Part shown: positions 29,216 through 38,538 of the stretch, in pieces
How the letters are laid out: the number at the start of each line of letters is the position of its first letter
How positions within the stretch are numbered: position 1 is the first letter of the stretch
Source of the DNA: Chryseobacterium sp. 39-10
GTDB lineage: Bacteria > Bacteroidota > Bacteroidia > Flavobacteriales > Weeksellaceae
Assembly: GCA_001898255.1 (NCBI GenBank)
Contig: MKTK01000010.1
Span: 95,896 to 159,895 of the forward strand
DNA length: 64,000 nucleotides
Direction: 5' to 3'
Notes under the pieces: model-generated
Told to the model about the DNA's origin: nothing
The model's input: only the letters and a program-made list of their open reading frames with translations
Database searches by the model: none
Position numbers and translations under genes: made by a program

Positions 29216-29338
29216 ATGGTTTTTTCTCATCATGATTTCTCTTTTGGTACACATCATGCCAAAAACATTATTTTTTTTCGTTTTGCGTACGACACTACTT
29301 TAATTCAAGAGCTACGGAAAAGATGGTCTTATTACTAA
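29216..29338 (+). pseudogene. Putative N-terminal remnant of a Bacteroidota tyrosine recombinase
   Basis: MVFSHHDFSFGTHHAKNIIFFRFAYDTTLIQELRKRWSYY*. Similarity is from recall only; orientation is divergent from the cassette. Confidence 0.5.
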
Positions 29339-29594
29339 TTGAACTCTAAATCATCGTACTGAAATTATGGACCCCATTCGCACCCGGCATGCATCCTCTC
29401 TTTGAACCTTTAAAAAAAAATATAAATGGTATCAATGGTGAACCAAAGACCGGTAAAAGGTTATAAAAAAATAACATTCTGAAACCTTGACAAATTTTCT
29501 TTCTGCGTGATATTCTAAAAAAATTCTTCTGTTGAGTATGATAAAAATATCACTTAAAAAACACATCAAAAAATAAAAACACTAATTTAGCGGA

Positions 29595-30347
29595 ATGTTT
29601 AAAAAACTGTTGCACGAAATTGGTGCCTATTTCCTGCTATTATCAAAAACACTCAAAAAACCGCAGAAAACATCGGTGTTCATGAAACTACTGATGAGGG
29701 AAATTTACGATTTAGGCGTTAATTCCTTTGGCTTGGTTTTGTTCACTTCCGTTTTTGTGGGTGCGGTAGTGGCCATCCAAATGTATAATAATTTTAATGC
29801 CAGCAGCTTCCCCATTCCGAACTCATTTATCGGCTATGCCACCAAAGTAGTTCTTATTCTGGAATTTGCGCCCACCATTATTTCGGTTATCCTTGCCGGA
29901 AAAGTAGGTTCATACATCGCTTCAAGTATTGGAACCATGCGGGTTACGGAGCAAATTGATGCCTTAGATATTATGGGCGTCAACTCTCCTAATTTCCTCA
30001 TCATGCCCAAAATTATTGCCAGTGTCATCTTTAATCCTTTGCTCATCGCCATCAGCATCGTCTTCGGAATCTGGGGCGGATATCTTGCAGGGATTGCGAC
30101 CGGCAACTGGAGTCAGGCCGACTATATTCGAGGAATCCAGATGTATATGCCGCAACATTTTATTTGGTATGCATTTTTCAAAACTGCTGTTTTTGCGTTT
30201 ATTATTGCCACAGTTCCGGCTTATTTTGGATACAATGTAAAAGGCGGCTCCTTGGAAGTGGGACGCGCAAGTACCCAGGCAGTAGTGTGGACCATTGTAG
30301 CAATCATTATCATGAATTTACTTTTAACCCAAATGTTCCTCAGCTGA
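29595..30347 (+). CDS. mlaE: MlaE ABC permease
   Basis: EFAPT, IGTMRVTEQIDALDIMG and GRASTQAVV motifs. Confidence 0.93.
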   Translation: MFKKLLHEIGAYFLLLSKTLKKPQKTSVFMKLLMREIYDLGVNSFGLVLFTSVFVGAVVAIQMYNNFNASSFPIPNSFIGYATKVVLILEFAPTIISVILAGKVGSYIASSIGTMRVTEQIDALDIMGVNSPNFLIMPKIIASVIFNPLLIAISIVFGIWGGYLAGIATGNWSQADYIRGIQMYMPQHFIWYAFFKTAVFAFIIATVPAYFGYNVKGGSLEVGRASTQAVVWTIVAIIIMNLLLTQMFLS

Positions 30348-31165
30348 TGATTGAAGTAAAAAATTTAACAAAAAGTTTTGATGACGTTCAGGTACTGAAA
30401 GGCATTTCCACTACATTTGATACAGGCAAAGTAAATCTGATCATCGGCCAAAGCGGTTCGGGCAAAACCGTATTTCTGAAAAGCTTGCTCAATGTGTACC
30501 AACCTACTTCAGGAGAAATTCTCTTTGATGGGCGAGACATCAACAAAATGTCGCGCGACGAGAAACAATCGCTTCGAAGTGAAGTAGGAACCGTCTTTCA
30601 GGGCAGCGCACTGTTCGACTCGATGACCGTGGAAGAAAACATTATGTTCCCGCTCGATATGTTTACCAATCTCACCTATCGTGAAAAGAAAAGAAGGGTT
30701 TTTGACGTAGTTGGAAGAGTTCATCTGGACAAAGCCAATCGGAAATATCCTTCGGAAATATCGGGAGGCATGCAGAAAAGGGTGGCTATTGCCCGTGCAA
30801 TCGTCAACAACCCAAAATATCTTTTTTGTGACGAACCCAACTCTGGACTCGATCCTTATACCTCCAACATTATTGATGATCTGCTGCTGGAGATTACAAA
30901 AGAATACAACACCACCACCATCATCAACACCCACGATATGAACTCGGTGATGACCATTGGTGAAAAAATTGTGTATCTTCGCCACGGCATCAAAGAATGG
31001 GAAGGCAATAAAGACATCCTCATCAACGCCGGCAATAAAAACCTAATTGATTTCGTTTATTCATCAGAATTGTTCAAAGAATTACGAGAGTATTTCCTGG
31101 AAAAGAATAAAACTTCTATTACCAATATCATAACCAAACCTCCATCAGATGAAACAGATTTTTAG
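30347..31165 (+). CDS. mlaF: MlaF ABC ATPase
   Basis: GQSGSGKT, ISGGMQKR and CDEPNSGLDP; TGATG overlap sets the start at 30347. Confidence 0.92.
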   Translation: MIEVKNLTKSFDDVQVLKGISTTFDTGKVNLIIGQSGSGKTVFLKSLLNVYQPTSGEILFDGRDINKMSRDEKQSLRSEVGTVFQGSALFDSMTVEENIMFPLDMFTNLTYREKKRRVFDVVGRVHLDKANRKYPSEISGGMQKRVAIARAIVNNPKYLFCDEPNSGLDPYTSNIIDDLLLEITKEYNTTTIINTHDMNSVMTIGEKIVYLRHGIKEWEGNKDILINAGNKNLIDFVYSSELFKELREYFLEKNKTSITNIITKPPSDETDF

Positions 31166-31763
31166 CTCACTTCTTCTTGTAGCCGCCATTAGCTTATCTG
31201 CACAAGTAAAGCTGGCAGCCAAAGCGAACCTTCTATTTAAAGTTGACAAGCCCACGTGGGAAAATATTACGGCAGCCCAAACCTACGGCGATAACGGAAA
31301 AAATAATGTGGGTTTCAACATGGGACTTTCTGCAAAGATCGACTTCCCCGTTACCTCTTTTTTCTTGATGCCGGAAATTTACTATACCACATACAAATCC
31401 GAATTTGATATTCCTGGACAGAACACCACGTTGGAAATAAAAAGCAATAGAATCGACATCCCTGTGTTGGTGGGATACAATGTTTTAGGTGATTTATTGG
31501 GCGTTTTTGCTGGGCCAGTGGCTTCGTACAATCTGGATAAAAATGACCAGTTTAAAGACTTTACCGAAGACACCAAAAATAAATTCCTCATCGGCTACCA
31601 ATTTGGTGCACAAGTGGTTCTAAAACAGTTAATGTTTAACGCCCGTTATGAAGGAACTTTCAGTCAGGATCAACGAGATTTTATCGATAAAGTGACCAAG
31701 ACCACAGTTCGGTACGACAGCAAGCCCGGGTTGTTTATCCTCGGTTTAGGTTATCAGTTTTAA
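31149..31763 (+). CDS. Outer-membrane beta-barrel (OmpA-TM/porin-like)
   Basis: Signal peptide, alternating beta pattern, terminal GLGYQF. Confidence 0.85.
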   Translation: MKQIFSSLLLVAAISLSAQVKLAAKANLLFKVDKPTWENITAAQTYGDNGKNNVGFNMGLSAKIDFPVTSFFLMPEIYYTTYKSEFDIPGQNTTLEIKSNRIDIPVLVGYNVLGDLLGVFAGPVASYNLDKNDQFKDFTEDTKNKFLIGYQFGAQVVLKQLMFNARYEGTFSQDQRDFIDKVTKTTVRYDSKPGLFILGLGYQF

Positions 31764-31786
31764 TGCAAGAAAAATCGAAAGTGATA

Positions 31787-31821
31787 GAAATCCGCAGTTA
31801 GTAAAAACTCTGCGGATTTTC
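31787..31821. terminator. Bidirectional terminator
   Basis: AAATCCGCAG/CTGCGGATTT stem. Confidence 0.75.
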
Positions 31822-32127
31822 GTTTTTTAAAGATTCCGATTCCTGAAGTTGTTTTTCCTGTGTCAATTTTGCGGTCTGTTTTTCCAGCTCTTCTTTATCC
31901 TTACGGAGTTGCTTTAATTCTTTTCTCTTTTGCTCTTCTTTCAGCGCAGTGCCTTTGCTGACATAGCCCACAATTCCACCAATAATCAGCCCAATGCCAA
32001 TTCCGGCAAGGATTCCCATCAAGCTAATGGGTTCCACGAGTTTTACCCACGAAAACTGAGGCGAAATATAATACAGCAAAAAAGCAAGTCCCAATAAGAG
32101 AAAACCGATAAAATGTAAATTTTTCAT
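31798..32127 (-). CDS. Hypothetical membrane protein (2 TM helices plus coiled coil)
   Basis: ORF track and composition. Confidence 0.7.
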   Translation of the reverse strand: MKNLHFIGFLLLGLAFLLYYISPQFSWVKLVEPISLMGILAGIGIGLIIGGIVGYVSKGTALKEEQKRKELKQLRKDKEELEKQTAKLTQEKQLQESESLKNENPQSFY

Positions 32128-32140
32128 GAGAACAGCATTT

Positions 32141-32180
32141 AAAAAAACCTTTCCAAATTTACATATTTTTCGGAAAGGTT
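32141..32180 (-). terminator. Terminator after the M48 gene
   Basis: AACCTTTCC/GGAAAGGTT stem. Confidence 0.7.
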
Positions 32181-32205
32181 GTTTTGATGATTCATTTTGC
32201 CAACA

Positions 32206-33015
32206 TTACAATTTTCCGCCAGCGGTTTTATAATATTGTAAAGCTTTTGGCATGTGCATCTCCAGATCCGCTCTTCGGGTATCTGGATTAGGGTGAGTTG
32301 AGAGAAACTCTGGTGGTTTGTTGCCGGTGGAAGCCGCTTCCATACGTTGCCAAAACGGCTGCGCTTCCCGCGGATCGTAACCCGCCATGGCCATCAAGTA
32401 AAGCCCCATTTCGTCTGCTTCCAACTCTTGGCTTCGTCCGTACTTCAGGAGTGCCACCTGCGCACCCAGCGGATAGGCCTGCTGAAAAATCTGCGACATT
32501 TGAGAATTGCTGATGGTGCTTCCCAAAATTGCTCCGCCATACTCAGCAACCATGGCCTGCGAAATTCTTTCGTTGCCGTGTCCAGCGAGTGCGTGCGAAA
32601 TTTCATGGCCAAGAACTACGGCTAAACCCGCGTCCGTTTTAGTCACCGGAATGATTCCCGAATAAACAGCAACTTTACCGCCCGGCATGCACCACGCATT
32701 AATCTGCTTATCATCAATCAGGTTAAATTCCCATTGATAATTGGTTAAATCGCCTTCTCGACCGATGGAACGATAATAATTGTTCGCGGCATTTTTAATT
32801 CGTAAACCCACATTCTGAACACTTTTAGCAGCTGTAGTTCCTTTGATCACATTGGCTTTTGAAAGTGTTTCACGGTATTGCTGCAATGCCATAGCTGCAA
32901 TTTCCTGATTGTTGGCCAACTGCAAGGATTTTCTTCCGGTAATTGGGTTGGTGGTACACGCCAACATAACTGCCGCCACAGCACCCGTGGCAAATACTCT
33001 GTTTAATTTTTTCAT
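32206..33015 (-). CDS. M48 family metallopeptidase lipoprotein
   Basis: INAWCMPGGK, HEISH, ELEADEMG and STHP motifs. Confidence 0.93.
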   Translation of the reverse strand: MKKLNRVFATGAVAAVMLACTTNPITGRKSLQLANNQEIAAMALQQYRETLSKANVIKGTTAAKSVQNVGLRIKNAANNYYRSIGREGDLTNYQWEFNLIDDKQINAWCMPGGKVAVYSGIIPVTKTDAGLAVVLGHEISHALAGHGNERISQAMVAEYGGAILGSTISNSQMSQIFQQAYPLGAQVALLKYGRSQELEADEMGLYLMAMAGYDPREAQPFWQRMEAASTGNKPPEFLSTHPNPDTRRADLEMHMPKALQYYKTAGGKL

Positions 33016-33120
33016 CGTATTAATAAATTCTGTTATCGTTCGTTAAACAATTATTATTCCAAATATTTTTTTTAATTTTAACTAAGTTAAGCGTAAATCA
33101 TCAAATCACAAAAAAAGATT

Positions 33121-33645
33121 ATGAAAAATATATGGAATACGATTGGGATTTTTTTACTTCTCCTCACTTCATGCGGCTCCCAATTGAATATGGCTCCCGA
33201 AAAAGTAAATCAGTTGCTGAACAGTGGTGAATTCACCTTTATGGCCCAACGCGCCAATCCTACCAACGCTGACGTGACGAATGTTCTGAACTCGCTTCCG
33301 AATGCTTCATCGGCGAGAATCCTGAATCTCGATTACGGATATACTTTGCAAATCACAAAAGATCAGTTAGATGTAAATTTACCTTATTTCGGGAGAACAT
33401 ACAACCCCAGTTATGACACCTCCAAAAACAGTTTTCGTTTTACTTCAAAAAGCTTTCGGGTAACCCAAAAAGATGGTAAAAATGGGAACAAGAATTACTT
33501 TTTCACCCTGAACGACCAAAACAGTATCCGCAAAATGAATCTCGAGATTTTCAGCAACGGTAAAGCGTATCTATCGGTGGATGCTGATGACCGTCAACCG
33601 ATTTCATACGACGGTTATATTATGGAAAACAATACGAAAAAGTAA
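33121..33645 (+). CDS. DUF4251-like lipoprotein
   Basis: Lipobox LTSC, LPYFGR and ISYDG motifs. Confidence 0.8.
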   Translation: MKNIWNTIGIFLLLLTSCGSQLNMAPEKVNQLLNSGEFTFMAQRANPTNADVTNVLNSLPNASSARILNLDYGYTLQITKDQLDVNLPYFGRTYNPSYDTSKNSFRFTSKSFRVTQKDGKNGNKNYFFTLNDQNSIRKMNLEIFSNGKAYLSVDADDRQPISYDGYIMENNTKK

Positions 33646-33646
33646 G

Positions 33647-34630
33647 TTATTTGCCCAGGAGTTTCTCTACAAACATTTTGGCTTCAGAACTCGGATTGCC
33701 TTGCAGCTCGGTGGCATTTTCTTTATGTTGCTGAAAGTACTGTTCTGTGGATCTTTCTTCCCTTGTTTTCTGAAGTATATATTCCTGAACCCAATAATCA
33801 AATCTTTTCCCTGCCTGCAGTTGACGGGTTTGCTGAAAAGTGTTGTTATTCACTTTCAGCTGTATAAAGTCGTCTATTTTTGCATATACATCTTCCAGAC
33901 CTTTGTTGTGCAAAGCCGAGCCAAGCAATACCGGAATCTTCCAACCCGCTTCCCTCGAAGGCAAAAAATGAAGCGCGCGCATCAACTCAACTTTTGTGTT
34001 TTTAGCTTTAAGCACATTGTCTTCTTCTACTTTATTAATAAAAATAACATCCACCATCTCCATGATTCCACGCTTTATTCCCTGCAATTCGTCGCCTCCG
34101 CCAACAATTTTTAACATTAAAAAAACATCTGTAATATCGGAAACAAGAACCTCGCTTTGTCCAACGCCCACGGTTTCAATCAGAATAAAATCATAGCCCG
34201 CGGCCTCGCAAATCAGCATGGTTTCGAAAGTGGTATTGGCAATTCCTCCCAAAAAACCGGAACTTGGAGAAGGCCGAATGAAAGCATCTTGCTCTCTTGC
34301 TAAATCTTCCATCCGCGTTTTATCTCCCAACACCGATCCTTTGTTCACCGACGAACTGGGATCAATCGCCAGTACGGCCACTTTTTTCCCTTTGTGCAGT
34401 GCGAGTTGCCCAAAGCGCTCAATAAAGGTAGATTTCCCCGCTCCCGGAACACCGGTAATTCCTATTCTGATAGATTTCCCAGTATGAGGAAGAATCTTCT
34501 TCAGCAGCTCTTCGGCCTGCACTTTATGCTCGGGCTTTTTACTTTCTACCAACGTGATAGCTTTAGCCAGCAAACGCTTATTGCCAGACAGTATTCCATC
34601 AATTAGTTCTTCTGTAGCGAGGGTTTTCAT
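33647..34630 (-). CDS. meaB: Methylmalonyl-CoA mutase-associated GTPase
   Basis: GVPGAGKST, DKTRM, ETVGVGQSE and GDELQGIKRG motifs. Confidence 0.95.
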   Translation of the reverse strand: MKTLATEELIDGILSGNKRLLAKAITLVESKKPEHKVQAEELLKKILPHTGKSIRIGITGVPGAGKSTFIERFGQLALHKGKKVAVLAIDPSSSVNKGSVLGDKTRMEDLAREQDAFIRPSPSSGFLGGIANTTFETMLICEAAGYDFILIETVGVGQSEVLVSDITDVFLMLKIVGGGDELQGIKRGIMEMVDVIFINKVEEDNVLKAKNTKVELMRALHFLPSREAGWKIPVLLGSALHNKGLEDVYAKIDDFIQLKVNNNTFQQTRQLQAGKRFDYWVQEYILQKTREERSTEQYFQQHKENATELQGNPSSEAKMFVEKLLGK

Positions 34631-34812
34631 TCATCCAAAAATACAACACTTTTACGAGATTTGCTAGTGACCACTTCATCTATGGGTTATAAAATACAAC
34701 TGTTTTCTTTCTTTAAGTATCCTTTTCGTACTTAGTTTTGGGATCACCTCTGAAAACGCAATGCATGTTCAGATTTTTCTTTAATTTTGAAAAGAATAAA
34801 ACATCAAAAATT

Positions 34813-35100
34813 ATGAAATCTGTACCTCTCTTTGCCATGTTTGGAATTACGTTAATTATTTCGTGCACTCCAAAAACCGTCCCGGCAGCAGCCACCAAAA
34901 CAATTACTGCTGAATACCTTGCCCAGGGAAAAACCATCTATGATAATGCTTGCAAGAAATGTCATGATTTACCGGATCCAAAAGATCACTCTGCACAAGA
35001 TTGGGTGGGAATCATGAATTCGATGGCGCCCAAATCTAACCTCACGGATCAGCAGCATGAAATGGTTTACGACTATATCGTGTCTGCCATTAAAGAATAA
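34813..35100 (+). CDS. Monoheme c-type cytochrome lipoprotein
   Basis: Lipobox IISC and CKKCH. Confidence 0.85.
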   Translation: MKSVPLFAMFGITLIISCTPKTVPAAATKTITAEYLAQGKTIYDNACKKCHDLPDPKDHSAQDWVGIMNSMAPKSNLTDQQHEMVYDYIVSAIKE

Positions 35101-35101
35101 A

Positions 35102-35446
35102 ATGCTCATTAAACCCAACATTTCTTGGTCCGATTTTGAGAAGATCGATATGCGCAGCGGAACCATCATTGCAGTGCAAGATTTTCCGAAAGCCAAAAAT
35201 CCATCTTACATTTTGGAGATTGATTTTGGCGAATTGGGCATTAAAAAATCATCAGCGCAAATAACCACCTTATACACCAAAGATGATTTGGTGGGCCGAC
35301 AGATTATTGCAGTAGTTAATTTTCCTAAAAAGCAGATTGCCAATTTCTTCAGCGAATGTCTTGTTTTGGGCATTTATGGCGATAACAAGGAGGTCACGCT
35401 TTTGACTCCGTCTTTTGCAGTAAAAAACGGTAAGCATGTGGGATAA
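35102..35446 (+). CDS. CsaA/Trbp-like tRNA-binding protein
   Basis: DFEKIDMRSG, SSAQIT and VVNFP motifs. Confidence 0.9.
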   Translation: MLIKPNISWSDFEKIDMRSGTIIAVQDFPKAKNPSYILEIDFGELGIKKSSAQITTLYTKDDLVGRQIIAVVNFPKKQIANFFSECLVLGIYGDNKEVTLLTPSFAVKNGKHVG

Positions 35447-35482
35447 AGTACTCTATTCTGTATTTTTTAAAATTAAACAGTC

Positions 35483-36181
35483 ATGTTACAAAATGTTCCG
35501 TTAGAAAAAGTCCTTTTTTTAGACATTGAAACCGTACCTCAATATGGTGACTGGTCCGAAATGGACGAAGCACAGCAAAAACTATGGGATAAAAAAACCA
35601 AGCTGCAGCGTAAAGAAGAGTTCAGCGCGGAAGAATTCTATAACGAAAGAGGCGGAATTATGGCAGAATTCGGAAAAATCATTTGTATTTCGGTAGGCCT
35701 TTTAGACAAAAGCAACAAACTGAAAATCAAAAGTTTTTACGGGGACGATGAAAAAAAACTGCTGGAAGAGTTTGGGGAAATCTTCAACAGTCCCAAACTT
35801 CGCGAAGGAATTTTGTGCGCACACAACGGTAAAGAATTTGATTTCCCATGGATTGCACGGCGCTTTCTTATCAATGGCATGCAGCCCCCAAAACCTTTTC
35901 AGCTGTTCGGAAAAAAACCATGGGAAATTCCTCATCTCGACACCATGGAACTTTGGAAATTTGGCGATTATAAATCGTATGTTTCGTTGGAGTTGCTTGC
36001 GCATGTCTTCGGAATACCCACACCAAAAGACGATATCGACGGTTCGATGGTGGCTTCCATGTACTGGGTTGAAAAAGACTTATTTAGAATTGTTCAATAT
36101 TGTGAAAAAGATGTCTTAACTTTGGCAAATATTTTTCGGCGCATGAGGCAGGAAGATATTTTAGAAAAACTCGATGCATAA
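35483..36181 (+). CDS. PolB-related 3'-5' exonuclease
   Basis: DIET, HNGKEFD and YCEKD motifs. Confidence 0.9.
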   Translation: MLQNVPLEKVLFLDIETVPQYGDWSEMDEAQQKLWDKKTKLQRKEEFSAEEFYNERGGIMAEFGKIICISVGLLDKSNKLKIKSFYGDDEKKLLEEFGEIFNSPKLREGILCAHNGKEFDFPWIARRFLINGMQPPKPFQLFGKKPWEIPHLDTMELWKFGDYKSYVSLELLAHVFGIPTPKDDIDGSMVASMYWVEKDLFRIVQYCEKDVLTLANIFRRMRQEDILEKLDA

Positions 36182-36282
36182 GAAAGAAAACGATAGCAAT
36201 TTAATGAATTGTTTTCTTCCTCAAAAAAAATAAAAAATTGCCATTGAGAAGATGAGTAGCAACTATTACTGAGCAAATAAAT

Positions 36283-36609
36283 ATGAAGTTTACCGACGAC
36301 CAAATTGCCGACATTGGCGAAGAGATTATCCGAGTACTGAAAACCATTTATGATCCCGAAATTCCTGTAGACATTTACGAACTGGGGCTCATTTATGATG
36401 TGCAAATTTCGGATGAAGCGGCGGTGAAGATCATTATGACCCTCACCTCGCCCAACTGTCCTGTTGCGGAGAGTTTACCGGCAGAAGTACGCGAAAAAGT
36501 AACCGCTGTGGAAAACGTGAAGGAAGTGGAGCTAGAACTTACCTTTGAACCCACTTGGAACAAAGATATGATGAGTGAAGAAGCCCGATTCGAACTCGGG
36601 ATGATCTAA
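36283..36609 (+). CDS. DUF59/SufT Fe-S assembly protein
   Basis: DPEIPVDIYELGLIY and TLTSPNCP motifs. Confidence 0.92.
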   Translation: MKFTDDQIADIGEEIIRVLKTIYDPEIPVDIYELGLIYDVQISDEAAVKIIMTLTSPNCPVAESLPAEVREKVTAVENVKEVELELTFEPTWNKDMMSEEARFELGMI

Positions 36610-36640
36610 AAAAACTGCCGGTTTCTTAAGCCGGCAGTTA
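36608..36640. terminator. Bidirectional terminator
   Basis: AACTGCCGG/CCGGCAGTT stem. Confidence 0.8.
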
Positions 36641-36646
36641 CTTTCA

Positions 36647-37051
36647 TTAATGAGGATATTCAAACAGTACCGTGGTTTGAATATTCGGGTTAATTGACAA
36701 AGCCACCGGACAGTTCATTGCGGTTTCTTCAATAAATTTCTTTTCCTCGTCGGTATAATTTTGGGGGAACCGTATAATACAGAAAATGGTTCCTATTCTT
36801 TTGGGCTCCGGATATGTTGATTTTTTCAGCTCGCATGTGGCACCCGTAATATCAATACCTCGTGGTTTGCCCAGCACTGCAATGGCCATGAGCATCGACT
36901 GCCCATAAGAAATTCCAAAAATATCGGATGGCGAAAAATACTCGGAGGTTCCACCTTCCCGCAGCGGCGCGCAAGTAATTATTTCTGCTCCAGATTTTTC
37001 GTGTTCTGAAACGATTTTAAAATCACCAACATAAGTAAGGGTTGAAGTCAT
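36647..37051 (-). CDS. OsmC-like protein, paralog lacking the first conserved Cys
   Basis: Aligns with 37126-37527; reads SYGQSML instead of SLAQCML; NCPV retained. Confidence 0.82.
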   Translation of the reverse strand: MTSTLTYVGDFKIVSEHEKSGAEIITCAPLREGGTSEYFSPSDIFGISYGQSMLMAIAVLGKPRGIDITGATCELKKSTYPEPKRIGTIFCIIRFPQNYTDEEKKFIEETAMNCPVALSINPNIQTTVLFEYPH

Positions 37052-37125
37052 AGTTTAGTTTATTTGTGGATAAAGATAAGAAACTTTTTATATCGATTTG
37101 TATTCAAACTTACTGATTATTTTCA

Positions 37126-37527
37126 TTATTCGAAATAAAAACTAACATTTTTCTTCAAATCGGCACTTAGCGATAATGCAACTGGACAATTCATCGCCGT
37201 GTATTTTATAAATTCCTGATCATCTGCCGAAAACTCCCCATTAAAGTAAAGATTGATCACAATTTCACCAATCTTCCTTGGTGAAGGCGTCATATTTTTC
37301 TGCACCTCGGCATACGCACCGTCAATGGAAATCCCTTTGTTCTTCCCCAAGATGGCAATGGTGGTGAGCATGCATTGGGCCAAAGAAGTTGCACAAAGAT
37401 CGGTAGGAGAAAATGCTTCTCCTTTACCATGATTATCGGTAGGCGCATCGGTAAGAATAACGGACCCAGATTGCAGGTGTTCGGATTCGCAACGTAAATC
37501 GCCGCTGTAAATTACTTTCGAAGTCAT
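37126..37527 (-). CDS. OsmC-like protein
   Basis: TDAP...GEAFSPTDL, AQCM and NCPV motifs. Confidence 0.88.
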   Translation of the reverse strand: MTSKVIYSGDLRCESEHLQSGSVILTDAPTDNHGKGEAFSPTDLCATSLAQCMLTTIAILGKNKGISIDGAYAEVQKNMTPSPRKIGEIVINLYFNGEFSADDQEFIKYTAMNCPVALSLSADLKKNVSFYFE

Positions 37528-37541
37528 AAAATAAAAAGGTT

Positions 37542-38390
37542 TTAAAAATGAAAAATAGCTTTGGCTTTATTGTAAGCGCTTTCGAAATTAAGCAAATTCA
37601 ATCGATTTTCAATTTTTTCACTCGCCATAAAATTAATTACCTGTTCCGTAGGCATATTCCCCACCAAATCATCTTTTGCCATAGGGCAACCACCAATTCC
37701 CTTGATGGCCGAATCGAAACGACGACAACCTTTGCTGTATGCCGCTTTTAGTTTTGCATAAGAATCTTCATAGCGGTTATGAAAATGTGCACCAAAATGA
37801 ATATCGGGATACTTCGGCGGAATTTTTTCGAAAAGAAGTTCAATTTGTGGCACCGTTCCCGTACCCGTGGTGTCGGAAAGTAAAATGTTCTTAATTCCTA
37901 TTTCGCTGAAACGCTGCGCCCAAAAATCAACATCTTCCCACTTCCACATTTCACCATAAGGATTTCCAAAAGCCATTGAAAAATAGACGTTCAGTACACG
38001 CCCGTCCGATGCCAGCAGATCATTGATGCGCACAATATCATTAAACGCCTCTTCCCTGCTTTTATTGGTGTTTCGATGCTGAAAAGTTTCCGATATTGAG
38101 AAAGGAAAACCAAGAATATCCACCTGCTGATGGTGAAGCGCTTTCTGTGCACCTCGATAATTGGCAACAATAACCGAAAGCTTGGTGCTCGAAAGACCTT
38201 TATCAATTTCGTCGATTACCGTGCCGGAATCTGCCATTTGAGGAATACTCTTTGGCGACACAAAACTACCACAATCTAGCACATCGAAACCAACCTCCAT
38301 CAACGAATTGATATAGTCTATTTTCTTCTGAGTGGGGATCATTTCACCCCATCCTTGCATGGCATCTCTGGAACATTCGGTAAGAAACAT
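37542..38390 (-). CDS. Hydroxymethylglutaryl-CoA lyase
   Basis: RDAMQG, HFHN and GIGGCP motifs. Confidence 0.9.
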   Translation of the reverse strand: MFLTECSRDAMQGWGEMIPTQKKIDYINSLMEVGFDVLDCGSFVSPKSIPQMADSGTVIDEIDKGLSSTKLSVIVANYRGAQKALHHQQVDILGFPFSISETFQHRNTNKSREEAFNDIVRINDLLASDGRVLNVYFSMAFGNPYGEMWKWEDVDFWAQRFSEIGIKNILLSDTTGTGTVPQIELLFEKIPPKYPDIHFGAHFHNRYEDSYAKLKAAYSKGCRRFDSAIKGIGGCPMAKDDLVGNMPTEQVINFMASEKIENRLNLLNFESAYNKAKAIFHF

Positions 38391-38538
38391 TTTTGGCTGA
38401 TTTGATTTTCGTAAAGATAATAAAATTGCTGAAAGACAAAAGACTCGTTTTATCGAAACGATAGTCGCAAGTTATTCCCCATGCTGCTTTCTGCTTGCAT
38501 TTAAAAACCTTAACTTTGTTAAAAATAACAGATTCATT

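Larger units (their letters stand above)
27937..29338. mobile_element. Decayed integron-like locus (integrase remnant, attI-like region, attC-like sites, gene cassette)
   Basis: Two attC-like sites, promoterless cargo, and a divergent truncated recombinase-like ORF; see findings. Confidence 0.6.

Noticed and set aside
29339-29470. C-terminal integrase remnant
   Set aside because: No HxLRH or catalytic Tyr motif recognisable in the + frames examined.
30164-30346. N-terminal extension of the ABC ATPase in the ORF track
   Set aside because: It overlaps mlaE; a TGATG coupling at 30345-30349 gives the natural start.
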